Source: Myxococcota bacterium
GTDB taxonomy: Bacteria; Myxococcota_A; Polyangia; Polyangiales; Sandaracinaceae
Reading direction: 5' to 3'
DNA length: 22,552 nucleotides
NCBI GenBank assembly: GCA_036149055.1
Contig: JAYZQJ010000166.1
Span: forward strand, 1 to 22,552
The notes beneath the pieces were generated by a model. That model ran no database searches, was not told the origin of the DNA, and saw nothing but the letters and a program-made list of their open reading frames with translations. Numbering within the stretch: the first letter of the stretch is position 1; the number at the start of each line of letters is the position of its first letter. Below are positions 16,769 to 22,552 of this stretch, in pieces. The translations under genes were made by a program, and so were the position numbers.

Positions 16769-18055
16769 ATGCGAGCACGGGAGCGGATGCTGGGGGCGGC
16801 GCTGGTGGGGGCCACGGTGCTGGGGGTGGCGGTGGCGGACGTCCGGATCGGGCCGCGGGCGATCCAGGCGCAGCGCGCGGCGAGCGCGGATGAGCTGGCG
16901 GCGCGCGCGCCGGAGGACGAGGCGGCGCGGGAGGCGCTCCGGGCCCGAGGCGCGGCGGGGCTCCGCGCGCTGCTCGCGGCGCACGCCCCCGACGTGGCGC
17001 GGCTGCGGGCGGGAGACGGCGAGGGCCTCGAGGCGCTGCGCGCCGCCATCGACGCGGTGAGCGGCCAGCGGGACGGCCACGCGTCCGGGCTCTTCTGGCA
17101 CACCGACCTCGACGCCGCGCGGCGCGAGGCGGCCCGGCGCGGCGTCCCGATCCTGTCGCTCCGACTGCTCGGGCGGCTGGACGAGGAGCTGAGCTGCGCC
17201 AACAGCCGCTACTTCCGCATCGTGCTCTACGCCGACCCCGAGGTGGCGCGCGCGATGAGCCGTGAGTTCGTGTTGCACTGGTCGAGCGAGCGTCCGGCGC
17301 CGGTGATCACGATCGACATGGGCGACGGGCGCACCCTCCGCCGCACCATCACCGGCAACTCCGTGCACTACGTGCTCGACGCCGACGGGCGACCCCTCGA
17401 CGCGATCGTCGGGCTCTACGGGCCGCAGGGGTTCCGGGCCGCGCTCGACGACGCGCGCGAGGTGCATCGCCGGTGCACGGCCGCCTCCGATCGCGCCGCG
17501 TGTCTGGCCGAAGCCCATCGAGAGCAGCGGCGAGAGGCGCGCGCCCGCTGGGCCCGGTCCATCGACGGCCCCAGCTTCGACGCGGCGCGGCGCCCGATCC
17601 GCCCCTCGGCGCCCGGCCCCGCGCCGGCGGCCGCGATCGCGATGCCGCTGACGATCCGGAAAGCGTTCGTGGAGACGCCGGCGCTGGAGGCGATGGGCGC
17701 CCCCGCGCCGCCGAGGCCTCCGGAGCCCGACTGGGCCTCCTTCGGGGTGGCGCTCCACGGTCTCGCGGAGCTGTCGGACAGCTCGCGCGCGCTCCTGCGG
17801 CTCAAGACCGGGCGGACCGACGTGAGGGCGATCGCGCGGCGCCTCGCGGAGGACGCGCGCGCGGACGGTGTGCGCAACGAGGTTCACTTCCGAGACGTCG
17901 TGCGACAGTGGTTCGAGGCGCGCGACGCCAGCACCCGAGCGCTCGACGCGCTCAACCGACGCGTCTACGCCGAGCTCCTCCTCACGCCGGCGAGCGATCC
18001 CTGGCTGGGCCTGCGGAGCGACGACCTCTACGACGGCATCGAGGTCGAGGATTAG
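16769..18055 (+). CDS. Exported hypothetical protein with a thioredoxin-like domain (selenoprotein-N-like Cys motif)
   Basis: GGAGG RBS; signal-like N-terminus; WHTDLDAARREAARRGVPILSLRLLGRLDEELSCANSRYFR...DPEVARAMSREFVLHW fits a thioredoxin-like pattern. Confidence 0.75.
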   Translation: MRARERMLGAALVGATVLGVAVADVRIGPRAIQAQRAASADELAARAPEDEAAREALRARGAAGLRALLAAHAPDVARLRAGDGEGLEALRAAIDAVSGQRDGHASGLFWHTDLDAARREAARRGVPILSLRLLGRLDEELSCANSRYFRIVLYADPEVARAMSREFVLHWSSERPAPVITIDMGDGRTLRRTITGNSVHYVLDADGRPLDAIVGLYGPQGFRAALDDAREVHRRCTAASDRAACLAEAHREQRREARARWARSIDGPSFDAARRPIRPSAPGPAPAAAIAMPLTIRKAFVETPALEAMGAPAPPRPPEPDWASFGVALHGLAELSDSSRALLRLKTGRTDVRAIARRLAEDARADGVRNEVHFRDVVRQWFEARDASTRALDALNRRVYAELLLTPASDPWLGLRSDDLYDGIEVED

Positions 18056-18064
18056 ACTGCGCTG

Positions 18065-19036
18065 ATGACACGCGCGATCCGGATTCACGAGCACGGCGGG
18101 CCCGAGGTGATGAGGCTCGAGGACGTCGACGTCGGCGAGCCCGGTCCGGGCGAGGCGAGGGTGCGGCACGCCGCGGTGGGGCTGAACTTCATCGACACGT
18201 ACCACCGCACCGGGCTCTACCCGGTGTCGCTCCCGAGCGGGCTCGGCATGGAGGCGGCCGGGGTGATCGAGGCGGTGGGCGAGGGGGTCACCGAGCTGTC
18301 GCCGGGGCAACGCGTGGCCTACGCGGCCGGGCCGCCGGGGGCGTACGCCGAGGCGCGGGTCGTGGCCGCCGACCGGCTCGTGCCGTTGCCGAACGCGGTG
18401 GACGACGAGGCCGCGGCCGCGGCGATGCTCAAGGGCATGACGGTCGAGTACCTGATCCGGCGCACTCACCGGGTGAGCGCCGGCGAGACGGTGCTGCTGC
18501 ACGCGGCGGCCGGGGGCGTGGGGCTGGTGGCCTGCCAGTGGCTGAAGCACCTCGGCGCGACGGTGATCGGCACGGTCGGGTCCGACGAGAAGGCCGAGCT
18601 GGCCCGGGCGCACGGCTGCGACCACCCGATCGTCTACACGCGGGAGGACTTCGCGGCGCGGGTGCGCGAGCTCGTCCCGGGCGGCGTCCCGGTGGTCTAC
18701 GACTCGGTCGGCGCGGCGACCTTCGAGGCGTCGCTCGACTGCCTCGCGCCGCGCGGGCTCATGGTCAGCTTCGGCAACGCGTCCGGGAAGCCGCCCGCGC
18801 TCGAGGTGGGCGCGCTCGCCCAGAAGGGCTCGCTCTTCCTGACCCGCCCGACCCTCATGACCTACGTGGCCGCGCGCGCGGACCTGCTCGAGAGCGCCGC
18901 CGCGGTGTTCGACGTCATCGCGCGGGGCGCGGTGACGATCGCGATCGGCCAGCGCTTCCCGCTCGCCGACGCGGCCGAGGCCCACCGCGCCCTGGAAGAC
19001 CGGGCCACGACCGGCTCGACCGTGCTGATCCCATGA
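18065..19036 (+). CDS. qor: NADPH:quinone oxidoreductase (zeta-crystallin/MDR family)
   Basis: GGPEVM, GLNFIDTYHRTGLY, LGMEAAG, LKGMTVEYL, HAAAGGVG, VVYDSVG, SFGNASG, KGSLFLTRP and TTGSTVL motifs. Confidence 0.95.
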   Translation: MTRAIRIHEHGGPEVMRLEDVDVGEPGPGEARVRHAAVGLNFIDTYHRTGLYPVSLPSGLGMEAAGVIEAVGEGVTELSPGQRVAYAAGPPGAYAEARVVAADRLVPLPNAVDDEAAAAAMLKGMTVEYLIRRTHRVSAGETVLLHAAAGGVGLVACQWLKHLGATVIGTVGSDEKAELARAHGCDHPIVYTREDFAARVRELVPGGVPVVYDSVGAATFEASLDCLAPRGLMVSFGNASGKPPALEVGALAQKGSLFLTRPTLMTYVAARADLLESAAAVFDVIARGAVTIAIGQRFPLADAAEAHRALEDRATTGSTVLIP

Positions 19037-19078
19037 TCACTCGACAGGAGGGGCCTCGCGGGCAGATCCTGGGGACAG

Positions 19079-20413
19079 GTGGGGAACGACGAAGAGGACG
19101 AGGCGAGGCGCGCGACGATGGCGTCGTCGCCGGGCGCGCGGCTGAAGACCAAGCGGCGTCGCTCGGGCGTGCTGGAGATCGGCGACATGCTCGAGGAGCG
19201 CTACCGCATCCTCTGCGAGCTCGGCCGCGGCGAGATGGGCATCGTCTACAAGGGGCTCGACCCGGCGCTCGACCGGCGGGTCGCGATCAAGCTCGTGGCG
19301 CCCACCCACGCGTCGACCCGCAGCATCCGGGACCGCTTCATGACCGAGGCGCGCGCGATGGCCCGGGTCAGTCACCCGAACGTGGTCGCCATCCACGCGC
19401 TCGGCGAGCACCACGGCACGCCCTACTTCGTGATGGAGCTGGTCGAGGGCAGCGACCTCGAGACCTGGCTGCACGAGCAGGATCGGCTGCCTCTGTCGAT
19501 CCCGCAGGCGGTGTCGATCCTCTCGGAGATCGGCGCGGGGGTCGAGGCGATCCACGAGGCCGGCGCGACCCACGGGGACCTGAAGCCGTCGAACGTGCTG
19601 GTCGATCCGAAGGGCCGCATGGTGGTGACCGACCTCGGCCTCGCCCGACTGCTCGACAGCGAGGTGCGCAAGACGCTGGAGCTCGCCGGCACGCCCGCGT
19701 ACATGGCGCCGGAGATCCTCGCGATGGAGAAGGTGCCGCCGAAGCTGGCCAAGCGCGTCGACGTGTACTCGCTCGGGGTCATCGCGTTCGAGCTGCTGAC
19801 CGGGCGGCCGCCCTTCGACGCGGACGGGCTGGTGCAGCTCCTCAACATGCACGCGACGATGCCGCCGACGCCCCCGAGCTCGCTCCGGCCGGAGCTCGGG
19901 CCGATCGGCGACGAGGTGCTGATCGGCGCGCTCGCCAAGGATCCGCGGCTCCGCACCGGCTCGGCCAAGGAGCTGGTGGAGGGGCTGGAGCGCATGGCCG
20001 ACGCGGCCGCGACGGGCCTCGCGCAGCTGCACGTCGCCATCGTCGACGACGACCCGGACTTCGTCACGTTCGCGCGCCTCGCGCTCGAGGGCGCCTTCCC
20101 CTCGGCGAGGATCGACGTCTACCCCAGCGGCGAGGCGGCGATCGCCGGCGTCACCGCGTCCCCTCCCGCCGTCGCGCTGGTCGACCTGCAGCTCCCCGAC
20201 GTCAACGGCCTCGAGGTCGTCGCGACCCTGCGCGCCGAGTGCCCGCGCTTCCCGATCGCGGTCGTCACCGGGGTGGGCGGCGCGAAGGACTGGGGCGTGC
20301 TCTCCAGCCTCGGCGCCGACGCGTTCCTCCCGAAGCCGGTCGACCGCGACGAGCTCGTGCGGTCCGTCCGCCGCCTCCTCGGCCGCAGCTCCCTGCCTCC
20401 ACCTCCGCGCTAG
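19079..20413 (+). CDS. Cytoplasmic Ser/Thr kinase fused to a C-terminal receiver domain
   Basis: LGRGEMG, VAIKL, HGDLKPSN, TDLG and GTPAYMAPE kinase motifs; then IVDDDP...LVDLQLPDVNG...VVTG...FLPKP (complete receiver motifs). Start is GTG 19079 or ATG 19118. Confidence 0.92.
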   Translation: MGNDEEDEARRATMASSPGARLKTKRRRSGVLEIGDMLEERYRILCELGRGEMGIVYKGLDPALDRRVAIKLVAPTHASTRSIRDRFMTEARAMARVSHPNVVAIHALGEHHGTPYFVMELVEGSDLETWLHEQDRLPLSIPQAVSILSEIGAGVEAIHEAGATHGDLKPSNVLVDPKGRMVVTDLGLARLLDSEVRKTLELAGTPAYMAPEILAMEKVPPKLAKRVDVYSLGVIAFELLTGRPPFDADGLVQLLNMHATMPPTPPSSLRPELGPIGDEVLIGALAKDPRLRTGSAKELVEGLERMADAAATGLAQLHVAIVDDDPDFVTFARLALEGAFPSARIDVYPSGEAAIAGVTASPPAVALVDLQLPDVNGLEVVATLRAECPRFPIAVVTGVGGAKDWGVLSSLGADAFLPKPVDRDELVRSVRRLLGRSSLPPPPR

Positions 20414-20429
20414 TGCGGAACCCGCGAGG

Positions 20430-21272
20430 TCAGCGCGGACCGAGCTCGGTGCGCTGCTCGAGGCGCATGCGCATCTCGCCTTGCGCGCCGCGGTTGAGCA
20501 GCTCGGTCACGGTGCGGGCCCGGGAGCGGGCGCCGAGCTGGTCGAGCTCCAGGCGGGTCCGGCCGCTGCCGCTGACGTCGAGCTGGGCGCCGGGCGGGAG
20601 CTGGGAGCCGTCGGCGTTGCGCACCCGGGTCTGGAGCTCGAGCCGATCGCCGCTCCGGCGACGAAGGCGGTACTCGGAGGACATCGAGAGGGTCATGCCC
20701 TGCATGCGGAGCTGGGCGCCGATGCGCCAGACCGCGCCCACGCCGACCGGCTGCTCGGGCAGCGGCGGGGTGAGCTGCGCGAGGCCGTCGCGGAGGGTCT
20801 GCGCGTGCTGCTGCAGCTCCGGCGCGGCGTCCTCGGGGAGCTCGAAGGTCAGCTCGCGCACCCGCCCGCGGTCGTCGACCTCCATGACGCCGTGCGCGCC
20901 CTCGAGGCCGGCGAAGCCGCGCTCGAACTGCTGGCGCGCCTCGCCCTCCTCGCCGCCCTGCACCGAGACGCCGCCGATGCGCCACGGGTAGCGCAGGTTC
21001 CCTCCGGTCACCTCGGTCGGGCCGAGATCGAGGTCCATGCGCACCGCCGGCATGTCGACGTCGGAGCGTCGCTCGCCCATCGAGGCCTGCATGTCCATCT
21101 CGAGCGTGAAGCGCAGCCGCGCCCGCTGGCCGGCCGAGAAGCGGTAGCGCAGGGGCTGCCGGTCTCCCTCACCCGCCTCGACCAGCTCGATCTGCGGCGG
21201 CGACACCGACTGGGCGTGCGCGCCGAGCGCGACGAGAGGCGTGAGGGCGAGGACGAGACCGAGCTTCCGCAT
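20430..21272 (-). CDS. Secreted beta-rich hypothetical protein (DUF6263-like)
   Basis: Signal peptide MRKLGLVLALTPLVALGAHA; EAGEGDRQPLRYRF and PLPEQPVGVGAVW motifs. Confidence 0.75.
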   Translation of the reverse strand: MRKLGLVLALTPLVALGAHAQSVSPPQIELVEAGEGDRQPLRYRFSAGQRARLRFTLEMDMQASMGERRSDVDMPAVRMDLDLGPTEVTGGNLRYPWRIGGVSVQGGEEGEARQQFERGFAGLEGAHGVMEVDDRGRVRELTFELPEDAAPELQQHAQTLRDGLAQLTPPLPEQPVGVGAVWRIGAQLRMQGMTLSMSSEYRLRRRSGDRLELQTRVRNADGSQLPPGAQLDVSGSGRTRLELDQLGARSRARTVTELLNRGAQGEMRMRLEQRTELGPR

Positions 21273-21327
21273 GGGCGCGTGGTGTCACCCCGGCGCCGCC
21301 CACGCAAGGTCGGGTATGCTGCGCGCC

Positions 21328-22320
21328 ATGAAGCGGGCGCTGGTCACGGGTGGGTGCGGCTTCCTCGGGAGCTGGATCGCGCGGCAGCTGTCGGACGAGG
21401 GCGTGCGCGTGCGCGTCTTCGCCGTGCCGGGAGAGAGCCGGGAGAACCTCGAGGGCGTCGAGGTCGAGGTCGTCGAGGGAGACGTGCGCCGCCGCGCCGA
21501 CTGCGAGCGAGCGGTCGAGGGCATGGACACCGTCTTCCACGCCGCGGCGATCTACCAGGACTTCGCGCCCGATCCCTGGCCCATGTACGACGTCAACATG
21601 CGCGGCACCTTCAACGTGCTCGAGGCGTCACGCCGCGCCGGGGTCGAGAAGGTGATCTACACCGCGAGCATCGTGTCGCTCGGGCGCCCCGAGGCCGGCC
21701 AGACGGCCACCGAGGACACGCCCTACGAGTGCTGGGACCTCGACTTCCCTTACAGCCGCAGCAAGCTCTTCAGCCGCGAGCTCGCCGAGTACTTCGCCGA
21801 CTGGGACCTCGACGTGCGCGTCGTCTGCCCCGCGGTCGTGCTCGGCCCCGGGGACCTGCGGCCCACGCCGAGCGGCGAGCTGATCGTCAAGAGCTTCCAG
21901 CCCGGCCCGGCCCTCCACTTCGACGGCGGCGCGAGCTACGTCGACGTGCGCGACGCGGCCCGCGTGCACCTCCTCGCGGCCGAGAAGGGCGAGCGCGGCG
22001 GGCGCTACGTCGCGACCAGCGCCAACCTCACGAACGAGGAGCTGGTGCGCACCATCCAGCGGGTGGGCGCGACCTCGAAGCCGCTGATGAAGCTGCCGCT
22101 CCCGGTGGCGCGCACGGTGGCGAAGGCGATGGACTTCCAGGCGCGGCGCACCGGCGAGCCGCCGCTGCTCGCCAAGGAGTTCTTCGAGTACAGCCTGCGC
22201 CCGAGCTTCTACCGGAACGACAAGGCGCGGCGCGAGCTCGGCGCGACCTTCCGCCCGATCGAGGAGACCATCCGCGACGCGATCGACTACTTCCGAGGTC
22301 GCGGCCTCATCGCGGCCTGA
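21328..22320 (+). CDS. NAD(P)-dependent epimerase/dehydratase, extended SDR (dihydroflavonol reductase/HpnA-like)
   Basis: ALVTGGCGFLG, VFHAAA, NMRGTFNV, YTAS, YSRSK (YxxxK), VLGPGD and YVDVRD motifs; ATG 7 nt after TATGCT. Confidence 0.92.
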   Translation: MKRALVTGGCGFLGSWIARQLSDEGVRVRVFAVPGESRENLEGVEVEVVEGDVRRRADCERAVEGMDTVFHAAAIYQDFAPDPWPMYDVNMRGTFNVLEASRRAGVEKVIYTASIVSLGRPEAGQTATEDTPYECWDLDFPYSRSKLFSRELAEYFADWDLDVRVVCPAVVLGPGDLRPTPSGELIVKSFQPGPALHFDGGASYVDVRDAARVHLLAAEKGERGGRYVATSANLTNEELVRTIQRVGATSKPLMKLPLPVARTVAKAMDFQARRTGEPPLLAKEFFEYSLRPSFYRNDKARRELGATFRPIEETIRDAIDYFRGRGLIAA

Positions 22321-22397
22321 CCTCGGGGTAAAGGCGCACATGCGCTGGTTCCACCTCGCAGGGCTACGAGGTCTGGCGACGGCCGCGCTGAGAGACC

Positions 22398-22430
22398 GGG
22401 CACGGGCAGGGGCACGGGCAAGGGCACGGG
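22398..22430 (+). repeat. GGGCAN hexamer tandem array (5.5 units)
   Basis: gggcac gggcag gggcac gggcaa gggcac ggg, in the gap between convergent genes. Confidence 0.85.
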
Positions 22431-22447
22431 GGCCGCCTTCGGCGGCC
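22431..22447. terminator. GC-rich hairpin at the 3' end of the partial minus-strand gene
   Basis: GGCCGCC-TTC-GGCGGCC, 7-bp stem; no U-tract on either strand. Confidence 0.35.
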
Positions 22448-22552
22448 TACTCGGCTTCGATCCAGCGCTCGTCGGGGGGCGGGGCGTGTGTGGTGCGGCG
22501 GGGGAGCAGCGGGGGGCGGTCGATGACCGGGGGCTCCTCGCCCGGGGCGATG
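22447..22552 (-). CDS. 3' end of a CDS entering from the right edge (partial)
   Basis: Hand translation ...IAPGEEPPVIDRPPLLPRRTTHAPPPDERWIEAE* with mostly G/C third positions; TAG at 22449-22447. Confidence 0.5.
   Translation of the reverse strand, partial: IAPGEEPPVIDRPPLLPRRTTHAPPPDERWIEAE

Noticed and set aside
16769..18055. Selenocysteine recoding in the SelN-like ORF
   Set aside because: No in-frame TGA; the motif residue is encoded by TGC (Cys).
17473..20991. 1172-aa Arg/Gly/Pro-rich plus-strand ORF
   Set aside because: Off-frame read of qor and the kinase; composition is typical of a wrong GC-rich frame.
21328..22320. SDR as hpnA or a sterol 3-beta-HSD
   Set aside because: Family-level motifs only, and no hopanoid or sterol genes in the window, so no symbol was assigned.
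22340..22552. Plus-strand ORF beginning MRWFHLAGLRG
   Set aside because: Runs through the hexamer array and hairpin and lies antisense to a more coding-like minus frame; poor codon usage.

Overview
Very GC-rich, densely coding bacterial DNA whose gene content is typical of Myxococcota (Polyangiales/Sandaracinaceae-like; inference). It holds about 20 complete CDSs: three Hanks-type Ser/Thr kinases with different architectures (N-terminal multi-TM, C-terminal multi-TM, C-terminal receiver domain), a hybrid histidine kinase, four lipoproteins, a GT-C-type membrane glycosyltransferase cluster with an SGNH hydrolase, a MazG-like pyrophosphatase, a haloalkane-dehalogenase-like hydrolase, an EamA transporter, Qor and an extended SDR. 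No rRNA, tRNA, CRISPR or transposase was seen. The most notable observations are: a 164-bp non-coding element bounded by 23-bp inverted repeats between convergent genes; a hypothetical protein with a selenoprotein-N-like Cys motif next to qor; repeated TANNNT boxes 6-7 nt before start codons (apparent leaderless genes), including interlocked divergent promoters; an 81-aa HPF/RaiA-like ORF behind a sigma54-like motif; a 30-aa membrane ORF missing from the ORF track; and a GGGCAN array with G-quadruplex potential. All calls come from reading motifs by eye; no searches were run.
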